64,000 nt of DNA, taken from contig OZ241833.1 in the NCBI GenBank assembly GCA_965202585.1, forward strand, positions 44,392,001 through 44,456,000, in the 5' to 3' direction. Every line of letters starts with the position of its first letter. The stretch's first letter is position 1. A program made the position numbers and the translations under genes. Under the pieces are notes generated by a model that saw only the letters and a list, made by a program, of their open reading frames with translations, did no database searches and was not told where the DNA came from. Of the stretch, positions 36,954 to 49,995 are shown piece by piece. This DNA comes from Thalia democratica (taxonomy: Eukaryota).

Positions 36954-39900
36954 ACATGTGTACTCCACCCAAAATTATTATTAATTGACGACGATAAACA
37001 ACATATAAAAGTTTCCTTGAAAGAAATTGTTGTTTGCCGAGTTGAAAGTTTTTAATTTATCGAGTAAAGACGTGTTATTTAACGAGCTCACTTTGCGTCA
37101 AAACCTTATGTTTGTTCTTTTATTTTGTAAAAGTTTTACGTTGAAGTTGGAATTCTTTTGTACTTCTCTTTACGTGAACGCGTAAGGAAAATTACAATAA
37201 TTGTTATGAATCGTAAATAGTTTAGTTTTAAAACTCAAAATTTCTATTTGATTTACTGAATTTGTGTAACGATGATTACATTCAGATTCAGTTTTAATTT
37301 TAAAATTGTTCAAATCACACATATAATTTAATTTGTTTTGTTTTAGCTTCGCAGTATGACTTTATAACGAAATGTGGATTACACTTTAAAGTTTCATTAA
37401 ACGTTATAAGACGGAAGAAGCCTTTTTTGCTTTGAAGTTAATATTTTAGTTTAGTTGATTTCTTCATTAAGTAACTTAAAAAAAAAAACTATAAATTTTT
37501 CCATAATTAAGTTGTTTTTGAAAGCGTAATTAAATGCTTAATCAAAATATCTTAATTCTTTTAGTAAATGGCTTTTTTATACTAAGTTTTAATGAATATG
37601 CTAAAAGATACATGATAAAATTACTTTAATATTAAACAAAGTATGATTACTTTTAAAACCATTGACTTATTTTTTAAATGTTAAACACTAAAAAACATTA
37701 CAAAGTTTAAAGAGTTTTTTTATAAAAGAATAGTTTTTATTTGGTTTTCAAATTAGTTGTTTAATTGAATATACTAAAATTATTAAGACTTCTATTCGAG
37801 TCCAACAAGTAGTATTTCTTAGACTTAAAAATTAAAAAAAAAAATTATTTTTATACATGATACATTTATGCATGAACTAAACGTTTTTATTTTTAAATTC
37901 AATATTAAACCTTGTTTAAGAATAATCGTAGAGATGTATAACTAAATGATTTTACGTTAAAAAAAACAAAAACAACTCTTTAGTTATACTTTAACAAAGA
38001 CATTGTTTTTTTATTTTAAGTTTTGGTATAGATAGCAATAAAATATTTAAAAAAAAGACTAGCATATTGTAATTAAAAAATTTAAATCCTATTGAACATA
38101 CATCTGTATGTTTTATTATCAAAAAAGTTAAGGTTGTCGAAAATGTTTAAAAAAATTCATAAGTATTATTTCATTTAAGTGTTATATTATGGTAAAAAAA
38201 TACACTTTGTAGAAAAGTGATTAAACAATAAAACTTGTATCGCTGTTTCCTTCATTTACTTAAGTTATTTATAGTCTAAATAGGTTTATTTTTAAGTTTT
38301 TCAGTCTTAATACTTACAATTAAATGTCAGATCTAAACATTTACTTAAAAAAAGAAAATCTAATTTTTGAAATACATTCTTTATCATTAGCAGTAAACAA
38401 ACTAGAGTTTTGATTATACAGATTAAATAATGTTGGAGTTAGTGTGTTTTAGTTTGTAAGAGTTCTAATGTTTAAGTAGACATTTAACATTTACAAACAG
38501 CTTTCTTCAAAAAAACCGAATTCGAGTTGTATTTCAAAATATTTCAAGGTCATTTTTTCACAAAACGCTTTAAATTACACACATTTCAAACCACACAATT
38601 GCAGTAGAGCACGTTCCGTAGTTACACCCATACATTGAAGTTATTTTTCGAGAAAGGGCGGAGATTTTATTTTACAATTGATTGTTATGAGTGTGGTCGA
38701 GTTTGGTATTTAAGTGTTTGAATATTTATTTTGCTTCTTAACTGTTGCTGTGGTAACTCCAGGTAGGGTATAACATTTATGAATTAAAATTAAATGCAAG
38801 ACTAACCTTGTTTATTTTATTTTAAAGTCTAGTTTTTATGATTCTATGCCAAAAAGTTTTAAGCTTGTTTAAATTTAAAATAATTTACATTAAATCAAAT
38901 TCAATTTGTCATACAAACATTTCTTTGAGTTTTCTTCTGCTTTTTATTTTCTGGAATAATATTTTAAAACATTAATTTTTTATACTAGAAAAATTGTAAC
39001 CTTATTCAAAACCAATCCTGTAACTTACAGAAATGATTTAAGAAAACTTAAAACACACATAAAAATTTATTCATGTAAGTTTTAACAGGTAATCATCGTC
39101 ATAATAGGTATATTCAGTTGTTTCATATTAATATTAACTATAAATATTTGAACTTTTTGGTGTTTTACTTTTAAAACTTGAAAAAACACTCAATTCAAAT
39201 TACTTTGAAATCTTTGTGTAATTGTAAAAAAAATTCAAGTTTTACACTTAAAATGTTGTTTTGGTATTTTTTTTTTTTTTGCAAACAAACTCAACTTTAG
39301 GATGTTTTTTAATTTGTCTTGGTTTTTTTTTTATAAGTTTCCGATAGCTTCCGTAAAATGATAAAGTTTTTTATTTTTAATTATTCCCCTTTTAATGTGT
39401 TAATTTAAAGCTTTGAAACGAGGTCATTATTTCATTATTCGTGTTTACATTATTCATATCCTTAGGACGATTATAGACAAGATTTTACAGAAGCTCGCAG
39501 ACTAGCGAACAATAAAACTAAATGGCAAATTTGTCGTTACAGAGCAAATCAAACATAAAACTCACAGAAAGCAAACATGGATTGGTATTTTCTTTTGTTG
39601 AGAAAGTGATTTTTCTTGCCATAACATTTCTACTTGTTAATCCGTAAACCCAGTAAACAAATAAACCGAAAGGTTAACAAATAACATTTCGAGATTATTG
39701 CTCAAGTTTGAATGTGCTAAATGTAATTTATGTTTTACCAAACATTGCATTGGTAGTAATCTGTCTACAGAAAGTTCTAGTTTATTTGTTGTATAACAGC
39801 TTAAAATTTAAAATAAATTTAATAGCAATTTATTATTCCAAATTGACAATAACATAAAATCTTTATTTTGTTTAACAATATAAATTTTAACAATATCGTT

Positions 39901-40169
39901 AAGTTTAAACACTTTTTTATGATATATATTACACTGAACAGTATAACGTGAACTATTTGTCTATAAACGTTCTATTTGTTTTTATTTTTGTTGTGTTTAA
40001 TTTAATATAAAAACAAGAAAAAATCAATTAGTTTTTAAAAGTCAACAAGTTTTTAAAAATAATAAAATTTATAATGTTAAATACTGTATGTAGTATTGTT
40101 GAAATCTATCATATCTGTCTGCAGAAAACTATAAGTGTTTGTTTTAATGGTTTTTATTAAGTTTTAAAC

Positions 40170-40800
40170 TTTGTACAGACTGCGAATTTAAATTTTAAAG
40201 ATTTTTGCTTATTTAAGTATAATTTTTGTGTTCAATATTAAACTTTTTTCAAAAATACTATAAACTAAATAGCTACTGCGAATTATTTGTATGCAGAATT
40301 TTAAATTAATTGAGTGTTTCATAGTTTTTTAAATACAACTTAGGTATAGTTCAAGTAAATGTCAAAGCTTAAAGTAAACTTAAATTTTGTAAAAAAGTTT
40401 TTAGTTTACTGTAAAAAACTTTGTGTTATTCAGTTTTGAATTTTTTTACAGACTGCGAATTTGAAGAAAACAAATTAAAATGCTCAGCATTTTTATGAAT
40501 TTTGTATTTGTATTGTTGTGAATACTGAACTTTGTACAAAATTTATTCTAAACTAAGCATTATACTGTAAGTAATTTGTTTGTAGAAGTTTATAGCACTT
40601 CGTGTTTTATGTTTGTCGTGTTTACCACAAAATATAAATAAAGTAAATTTTTAAGTTGAACAAAACATTTCAAATTCATTATATTTTTTAATTTGATGTA
40701 ACAAATGCTTTTATATTGAGTTATTAATTTCTGCATTTTCGTACAAACTGCGTATTTGAAGAAAACAAATTAAAATATTTCAGATTTTTGCTGTCTTTCG
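40170..40800. repeat. Degenerate ~270-295-bp-period intergenic repeat
   Basis: TACAGACTGCGAATTT(GAAGAAAACAAATTAAAAT) at about 40175, 40447 and 40742. Confidence 0.5.
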
Positions 40801-42360
40801 TTTTATTATTGTGTATAAAAGTCGATCTAATATTTTTTACAAACTTTTCTGTCTTAGTTTATTTCTAATAAAAAACTACAAATAAAGTTTTAGTAAAATA
40901 CTTATTATGGGTTGTTGTAAAAATTGTATTTTTGAAAAACTTTAAATTAAAGTTTAAAAGTTCTGTAGTTTATTTAGTGCTAAAAACTAAATCTTTCAAA
41001 AAAGTTGCAATAATGTTTCATTACTTTAACTATTTTAATTTTTCTAGTCTTTGAAATGAAAATATATACCTATTTTGTTATTGTTATGTATTTCATTTAT
41101 TCAAAAAAAAAACTTAAACGTTAAGTATTGTAAACTTAACCAAACAGAATTTAAAAAAATGCTAGAACTATTTGTTTTACAACTAAGCTGATTTTTCGGT
41201 ATTCATAAAGTTTTAAATTAAATAAAACTTTCTACTTGCATGTTGTACCAAAATACTTTCATACAACATATAGAAAAAGCTGCATTCACTTTTGAATAAG
41301 TATATAAGCCAAAAAAATAAAACGAAAGTTAGTTTTTTAGTAACAAAGCTTATTATAAGAAATGTGAACATTTTATTTTCAATATAACTTGATGTTATAC
41401 TTAAGTTAACTCTAAAATTATTTAAGATTTTGTAGTTAAAATTTTTCATTTTATCATAGTCAGGTACTATTATTTTTTAAACTTTAAGTTAGTTTAACAC
41501 AATTAAAAACTACATATAATTATGCATCCATCAAAACTAATTTTCAGAGTAACTTTAAAATACTTTTGCAGTTTTGTACTGTAAAAATTGTTTGGTAAGT
41601 TCAATCAACAAGCCAATTATTTTTAACGAAAATGCGTCAGTAGCAACAAAAATTCTGGTTAGTTTTTACATTTTGTATAAAAGTCTGCATGTAGGAATTT
41701 ATTTTCAAACCGGGCTAATCAAGAATTTCCAGCGTTTTAATTCAGCGCGGCAATCACAGTAAAACTGCGACCCGGAAAGATAGTTGTTTTATCTTTTTGA
41801 TAAAGGAAGCTGATTTGTTTGCGGAGATTTTAATCAGTTAAAGAGGATTGAAAATCGGAGCATAAACAAGATTAAAAGTATTTTTTATTAAACTTAATGG
41901 CTTGTCATCAATCATTGTAATATAAATTTCTGAATTTCTGAACATTAGCATTTAAAAATGTTTAATGTTTTAAGTAAGCTTTTGGTTTTAAATGTAAACA
42001 ATCTACGTAAGTTTGTTAACGTTTCAAAATTTTACTTCCAATCTTTTTATCAAAATGCATTCCATAGATAGGTCAAAAAAGTCTATAAGTTGTTTGTATA
42101 CTAATTTGAAAATCGATTACACTAAAGAACAATTTTATTAAAACTTTGTCCAAAAATAGCGTAATTCAATATACCTCTAATAGAAAAAACGAAAATATTT
42201 ACAGGAAAATTTCTAAAAATTATGTAAAAAATTTGTAACTCAATTTTAAACTGTTTAAGTGTGTCAAAAGTGACGATGATTAATGTTCACAGGAGCAAGT
42301 AAAAGTTTAAAAGTGAGTGCATGTTTCCGTAGTATTTGCTATCTCCGATGTATATCATTA

Positions 42361-42450
42361 TGACGTCATATACGCTTTATTTCTAAAGAAGGAGCTACTA
42401 AATGCCCGAAGCATTATTTACTACCAACAACATTTTTAGTATATATAAGC
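42361..42450 (+). promoter_or_regulatory. Palindromic CRE (TGACGTCA) and TATA box upstream of the small peptide gene
   Basis: TGACGTCA at 42361-42368; ATATATAAG at 42441-42449, about 70 nt upstream of the ATG. Confidence 0.45.
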
Positions 42451-42519
42451 GCAATTCAGCGCTTCAAATCTACACTTTTATCGGCTAAAGTCATATACAC
42501 TTACAACAATAAATTAAAA

Positions 42520-43631
42520 ATGAGGATTTCTTTGATTTTTGTTTTGATCATTTTGCTTGGAGTGCTCACAACTGCTAAAAGACAAAGTAAGTTATAGTTT
42601 TACGTACTTATATTTGTAAGTTTTAAATGATAAATTAAAGTTCAATAAATTAATATAGTTTTTCTTATGCCGTTTTACTTTTAATTTTAAATTACAAACT
42701 AGTTTCTTCTTGAAATATTGTATATGCTGTAAAAACATTAAAATATTTTCATATTTTTATAAACAAAAAATTAATTAATCTGATAAACTTAATAATTAAA
42801 TTATATTAAGTTCGGAAACAGTCTAAGTTTTTTCAAAAGTTTGTATTTTTCATAAACAAGCTAAAACTAAATAAGGATAATTTAGCATAAACTTATTTTT
42901 TTTTAATGAAATAAAATGTTTTATAGGCAGAAGAAAATTGAACTTTTGTAAGAAAAACGAGTCTGGTGAATTTGTTCACAATTGCAAGACATTCAAGGAC
43001 TCAATCAAAAGAGAAAGTAAGTTTTTTTTTAATAATACTAAAACAAAATTAGAACAGCTTGTGTAGCCTTTATGTTTTTGGTGGTAAAATTTATGGTTTG
43101 GCTTAATCAATGTTATAGTATAAAACGTATACAAAAACCAATAAAATCGAAAAGTTTTATTTATTACTACTTTTTTACTTAAACTTAAGCTTGTAATTTT
43201 TGCTTTTAATTTTTACTTATCGTCAAAGTATAACTTAATGTTTTAAAGTAGTTTTTTTTAAATATTACCAATAAATTGGCTAAGCAAATGTTTAATTAGC
43301 TCAAAAAGATGAAAGCTCTTAGTTCGATAAAAGTTAAAACGCTTTTTACAAAGTGAACACTTTTATTTTCTAACTTAAAAGACTGTTTTTTGGCTTACGT
43401 TTAAAATTTTTTAGATAATGTAACAATACGTACAATACAACGTATTAAAAACATTTGAATACCTTTGTCGGTATTTTAAACTTTAATTATCGATGTTTTA
43501 TTTAGTGCTTTTATGACTATATGTAAAGCCAGTTTTGTAAACAAATTATTAATAGATATTTTTCAACAGTAAAATGCAAGATCATGCAACAAATATGCAC
43601 CAGATCGAAATCTCTCAAGTCTCTGTTTTGA
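42520..43631 (+). CDS. Small secreted cationic Cys-containing peptide (3 exons, ~72 aa)
   Basis: Exons 42520-42586 (MRISLIFVLIILLGVLTTAKRQ, donor GTAAGT), 42927-43016 (SRRKLNFCKKNESGEFVHNCKTFKDSIKRE, donor GTAAGT), 43570-43631 (IKCKIMQQICTRSKSLKSLF*). Phases are consistent, TATA is upstream and AATAAA at 43670-43675. Exon 3 is less certain than exons 1-2. Confidence 0.6.
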
Positions 43632-46600
43632 TTTGAAAAAAGTGGAATCCTGAATAATCTGAAAACCTGAATAAACTGATTAGCGAACCGGAATAAAATT
43701 CAACTTATTATTTATTTTTTATTTGTTTTACAGTTGTTATAAGAACCATAAAAATCGATTTAAAAAAAAAACTTTTTTGATATAAAGCTTTATATTATGC
43801 GTATTTTCAATTCCTAATCATACTGTTTGTAAACTTGTAATTTATGTTTTATTTATTTTATTTTAATTTATTTCAGAAAATACTTTTCAAAAAAATATTT
43901 ATTTTCTCAAATCTTCTGATCAAAAGATCTGATAAGTTGTATTTTGCATAGCTTACAGCTAATACTTGAAACACTTTTAAAGATTAAAAACCATAAGTGC
44001 TTTTAAAAGATTAAAGCATTTTTTATTACAGGTTTTTCAAGTACTTGTTTTCAAAATTTATTAAAATACAATTTGTAACCTTAGATTTTTATTGGTTTAC
44101 AAAATTTATTGATAAAGAATTCCCGAAACATTTTTTCAGAAGAATTGTCTTTTGCTAAAAACATTTTTATCTTTGGTGTTTGTAAAAAGATAAGATTACT
44201 CGACTATTTTAAAACTAATTTTACTAATAAATTTTAAAGTTCTGTAAATTGTATTACTAAATTTTTAGAACGCCTTGCTGTAGTTCCGACTTTTTTACGT
44301 TTTTTAAGTAGTTTGTGCTTAATAATATTTCAAAAACTTGCTTTTGTTTTTATCGTAAAAATTTCAAGCTACTGAAAAGTTAGTTATTTGTTCAACCTAC
44401 AGATTTATTGTAAGTTTTTCCATAGCCAAGTTTGATTCAATTTTTCAAAAAAATTTTTTGTTCTTTGTTTGTTGTTTAAAACAGTTACAAAGCAAATGAT
44501 CTCATTTTCCTACCTAACGTATCTACTTTATTTCAAAAAACTAGTTAAATATTTTTCAAAACTTATATTATACTAATGTTTGTTTATCATAACTTCGACG
44601 AATAATTTCAAAGTAATACTTCATTATGTTCGTTTTAATAAAAGATAAAGCAATAAATGTAGTGTTCGCAAGTATTAAAAATTATGAACGGTACATTTTT
44701 ATTTTTCTGTTAGAATACAAATATAAACAACTGGTTCTTTAAGATCTAAAGCAAAGATAGGTAGCCTTTTATAAATAGGTGTCCAACTTTCAAAAAAAAA
44801 ACTCTCGGGCCGCATTATATTGTAAACTTTGTTATCCACGGGTCGCAGTTGTAATCGTTTTTTTTTCAATACTTTTTTAAACCACAAGGGAGATAAAATA
44901 AGCAGTAATAAATCAATACTAATTACTAATTATCTAAATAAGAACCTAACTGTTATGTTTTGTTATTATAAACTTATTTTTTACTGTTTAAAAAGTTATG
45001 TTTTAGTTAAAAGTACATCGCAAGCCGTAGGATTGTGCTCTGCAGGTCGCAAATCGCTGGTATAAAATTTCTGAAAAAAAAGATTTTGTTTTTTTATTTT
45101 TAAAACTACTTTAAATTACATTACAAAAGTACTTATTTTTGTAGAAACATAAAATCATAAAAATATTGTTGACGAAGAGTTCTCTAATAAAAATTCATAA
45201 GTGTTTTTATTTAATTAGTCTTTAAAATTTAATTTAAAATCAGTATTTGATCTAATTTTTTATGATAAAATTGAAAAACAGCGAGTAAACACTTTTATAT
45301 TTCAGAACTATCTTTAGCACTACTAAACTTAGCATAAATGCATACTAAAACAATACAAGCAAAGTCTTTTAGCAGATTTAAAGTAGCCTACCAAGCTACG
45401 TTCGTAAATTTTTACAAGCTTATGAACTTAAAAATTAAGTGAGTACTTATTTTTGCTAAGACATTACAAAAAATCTTAAAGTACACCTTATTAAAATGAG
45501 TTTGAGAAACTTTTATGTAAATATATTTTAAAACAAAACACTATAGTTATATATCAATGTAAATTCTTATCTTGATCTAGTTTATGATTTCAACTTTTTT
45601 TTTAATATACAATTTATTCTAATGTGCTTCAGTCGTGGTAAAAACTAAAAAAACATCTGCCTTCAATAAACTGCGTACATACAATAGAACACAATTTCAC
45701 AAACTATTTAACTATTAGAGTATTATTTGCTTGCTTTTGCTTGAAATCGTACCTTATTTTATCGGGAACCATTTTAAATTCAGCAAAAATGCTTAATGAC
45801 AACTCTAAATTAACAAAGATATTATACACATCAAAAACGGGTTACTTGAAAAAATTATAATTTATATTACGTTTATAACAAAAGCTAATAAGTTGCTGTT
45901 TAGTTACTTAAAAAAACACTTTTTCAAAGTCTATTAAACCAATAGATCAGCTACAATCAGAACAACAAAAATAAACAAAATAACTGGCGCATTATCTAAG
46001 AAAAATCAGTAAAAGATCTCTCACCAGTTTTTTCAAAACGCATTTTCAAAATTTCCTGCTCATGTAGGATTTTAACTCTTTCTAGGCTGCTGTTCGAACG
46101 TTTTCTTCTGTCTGCTTGATCTGCTAACACCCTATTTGACCAATGCAAGCAAATGTGCATCAGACAGATTATGATGTAATAGTAACCATCTTCTTGCAAT
46201 ACTGAGCTTTATTGTTTTAGTAAAATGTCGACTAGGTAGTTAAAAGGTAAATTTAAAATCAAGTGCTAAAAGTTTTGTAATTAGCACTATACAAAATATA
46301 AAATGAGTAGTTGAAACTTAATCTTTCGTTTAAATACTTTTTTACAAAAATTAGCGTTGGACATTAAGTAAAAGCTTTAATTAAGTTTTATGCTATAACG
46401 TTTATTCCATGTAATAAAAAATTTAATTAAACTTCAGGTATAGTGTAATCAGCTTTTAAAAAACATAAAAGCAAAACTAGCCTAATATCTTTAAATATTT
46501 AAAATTTTATTTATAAAATAGTTTTAGCAAGCTACTAAAACGCATCAGTGCTGATACTCGAGGAGTTTTCAGGTCAGACCAGAGTTGGTAAAAAGCGCGG

Positions 46601-47265
46601 AAAAGAAAATCCGGGAAGTATAATTCAAAATTACTACAAAGGTCAAGCTTGCAGAACATTATGAAACGACGACGTTCAAAGATTTTACAATGATTAAACT
46701 GCAGACTAGCCCATCCCCAGAACACTGTTAAACAAGCAAAGCCTACGCTGGCTGGGGTGGTAAAGTCTTAATTGGTCCTCGCTGGTGAAGTTTTATTGCC
46801 ATCCATTTTTGTGCAAACGAAGAATACATCATAGGTGGAAAAAGTATCGTTTTTCTTTTCCTGCACCTTAGAAAACGCTGTCTAATAAACACTTAAGTAG
46901 CAATATATAACTACAAAAAAAATAACAATTAGGACCTTACCGTACGTATATTCTAAAACTTTTTTTTATTTGAAAATTTATTTTTATTATATCTATAGTT
47001 TTTGTTATGATACGAAGCAGTCCGTTTTACAAATGTTTTAGGTCAACTATTAGTTGAGAAAACATTTTACTTCCCTACTACAAGCGTTGTTTTGTATTTG
47101 GGGATATTTTTACAATGTCTAGTAAAACAACAAGTTCTAAATAAGTGAATGAAATAATTATGTTGCTACAATAAACAGTCTTGTGATAATTATACTATGG
47201 CAAAATTTATTTCTAATTAATTTGTCTATAACAAGTATAAAACAAGAAACATGTAAACATTTTGT

Positions 47266-47353
47266 TTATTCGCCGGCTATAGTGACCTCAACGTCTACGC
47301 CTGGCTTGATCTGCTTGACAATTTTGGATGATGATCCAAGGTGATGAGCCTTT
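47266..47353 (-). pseudogene. RPS20: Decayed fragment of the 40S ribosomal protein S20 C-terminus
   Basis: Minus strand reads AGG CTC ATC -AC CTT ... = RLI(D)LGSSSKIVKQI-----KPGVDVEVTIAGE*, versus RPS20 [33 protein letters not shown]. It has a 1-nt frameshift and a 5-codon deletion, and I saw no other RPS20 sequence nearby. Confidence 0.72.
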
Positions 47354-47439
47354 ACTATATATAATAAAAATTATTATTATTAATACATGTATCTTCATCT
47401 ATGAATGGATTCCTTTGTTAGATATTATCAACTACACAC

Positions 47440-47583
47440 TTAAAAAAGCTTTACTATATCTTTTCAATGTTGTTATACGATTTAACACAGTTTTTTAACT
47501 TAAAATTAATTAAACTAAAAATAGACCCTAAAATGTCTTATTTTAAAAACCTGAAAAAATTTGCCAAAACATTTGGCAACCAT
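47440..47583. mobile_element. Degenerate 3' half of the 52211-52612 MITE family
   Basis: ATCTTTTCAATGTT...TAAAACTAAAAATAGAC...AAAAACCTGAAAAAA...TGGCAAC matches about 52465-52610. Confidence 0.5.
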
Positions 47584-49069
47584 GAGTGTAGTTGAATTTA
47601 TAAAAAAATATTTATTTTATAACTTAGATAAATTGTTGCATGGTTTGCCAATTTTATTTTTTTCATTGCATAATTACAGTTTGAAAATCTGTCCATGGTG
47701 AGACTTAGTAATTGTCTGAATTTTTAAAAGTATATTTTTCAATACATGAATCTTTATCTTGAATTGATTCTTTTATTAAGTTTGTTTCAACCACATATTT
47801 AATGTTTTTGAAAAACCCCAATAAAAGTTTGTCTTAGATTTAAATTACAAAATCATTATGCTTTACTATTTTACTGTTACTACAATTTTAAAATTAATGT
47901 GCATAAAGAGACCTTTATTTCTATAACCAAATATGTTTGTGTTATCTATGTAATCAAAAAATATTTTAAAAAAAAGTTTTTTTAGATTTCTCACAGAAAA
48001 GAAACATGACTTTATAAAGTAAAAGCAATAATATTCATGTTTTTAGTATAAAATTAAAATTTCATTAATATATTAATCTTTCATTTGCAAAATTCATATT
48101 AGAGAAAATAGTCTCCTTATTTTATATAAAAAGTCTTTAAGTTTAGTTCAATATAAACCAGGGTTTCAAAAAGGAGTACAATATCATAAATTTAAAGATA
48201 TTTTATTAATTTAGGGTAGTTAATAAGTATAGGGGAATTTAGAAACTTTTGGATTTCTAAGCTTGCTGTTTTACTTTTTTTAGCTTGCTTTTCATTATTT
48301 TATCCTAAGGTTTATATTTAAACCAGGGTTTCTAAAGTGAGCAATAAATAGTAAAGGGGTGAAAAATAAGTAGATTATAACTCATAAAGGAGAAAAAATT
48401 AAATAGATACTTTTAGCAAATAAACAAAGCATTTTTATTTTTGATTTATGAAAATAATTTTAAGAAACCGTGTAATGTAAACAAGTTCAAATAACTTACC
48501 GTTATGTCATATCAAGTTCCTACTACCAATGTAGAATGATGTTCAATCATAAAAACGTTTATAATGTACAATACATAATAAAGATATTTGATAAACCCCA
48601 GCAGTGAACATAAAAAAAATCTTTAAATTCCATGCATTATTAACATATAATACAGTATTTAAACTTGTACAAAAGGAATTTAGTTAAAGCCTACCAATCA
48701 ATAAAATAGTTTTAGAAATCTAAGTTCATTCTGTTTAAAGCAATAAATTGTACAATATTTTAACTGCTATCATTGTTAAATATTATGTATTTTTTTTGTA
48801 CAAGTGTTTGATGTTGAAAGTTTTGTCTTTTACTAAGTTTTTTCTTGAACTTTCTAAAAAGTTTCTCAAGCAACAAAAGCATTAAAGTAATATTTTTTGA
48901 AAATCAGTTCTGGTATGAGTAAGTTTTAGATTATTTGTTTCTGTTTGTTTTCCAATGTAATAGTTTATCTAAACTTTTAATTTGTTATCACATAGAGGCT
49001 AGAATAAAAACAAGGTTAAATGTTTATGGATAAGAGTTAGTAAACATTTTTGTAACTGAGTAAAAAATT

Positions 49070-49274
49070 CAGGGTTGCAACACTTTCAGGTTAATTTGAA
49101 TATTTTTTAACTTAAGTATCTTAGGCTACTTGGAACTTTTTTTTCTAAAACTAATTTTGAATATTTTCCTTTGTACTTTTTTTTTTACTTATAAGCTTTG
49201 GCCAACTTAGGATAGGTTGTTGTAACTCAGACTGGCCTTGTTGCAATTGTTTTACTTTTTGAGTGGCAACCCAG
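49070..49274. mobile_element. Second element with (C/T)AGGGTTGC TIRs
   Basis: CAGGGTTGCAAC at the left end and GAGTGGCAACCCAG at the right; same terminal family as 52211-52612. Confidence 0.5.
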
Positions 49275-49995
49275 ACAAGCACTTAGATAGTATTTTTTTG
49301 CTTATCCAGTTCTCACTAATTCAATTCCTTGCTCATCTAGCCAGTTTCAGTCATAAATTAGACTAAATTAGTTAAGCTAGAAATAATTTTTTAACTTCAA
49401 AACTTAAAAAAGGTATAAACAATTTTTTACTATCTGTTTTGTATTTGTTAAATTGATTTCAAGCTTTATCATAAATTGTTTTCTTTGATTTTCTGTCTGT
49501 TTTACTTGTTTGTTTTGTTAAAATAAATTATGGTAACAAAATAGTGTACGTTTTATTATATGCATTGCATAATATAAAGTAAGTACATTAAAAAAAAAAA
49601 GAATGTTTAATCTTTATCATTTCATAATTACAAAAAAAGCTTGCCCAACATGGCTGGATTAGCAAGGATTCACTTTATTACTAAAATTGTTTTATTTAAA
49701 CATAGAATTTTTGAAAGTTTTGATATTGTCTTAGAGTTGTTCTTTTAATAAAAGAATATTAACTAAGTATTTTTATTAAAGAAGAAAACTGACTGTATAA
49801 ACAAAATTTTCATTCAACGTATTTCAGTGTAAATTTTTAAAGACTAAAAACAAGGCTATAAAAAAGTATTCATTTAAAATTTCAATTAAAAAAAATTGAG
49901 TAAATTAACAAATTCTTTATATTTTTCAGATATATGTATAAATATTATAGCTTTAAAAGAATTTGAGACAACATTATCAATTCACCCAACAAAAA

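Noticed and set aside
44777-45060. AGGTGTCCAAC...GGGCCGCA...GGTCGCA, resembling hAT-MITE subterminal motifs
   Set aside because: No matching right TIR or TSD found; too degenerate to call.
45996-46880. GC-richer islands with ORFs 45996-46199 (hydrophobic stretch then RRKR) and 46507-46725
   Set aside because: No ATG-led signal peptide, no consistent splice model and no recognisable homology. Could be a TE relic or an exon I cannot place.
47325-47350. ATGATGA box-C-like motifs suggesting a snoRNA
   Set aside because: No box D or terminal stem; better explained as the antisense of the RPS20 fragment.
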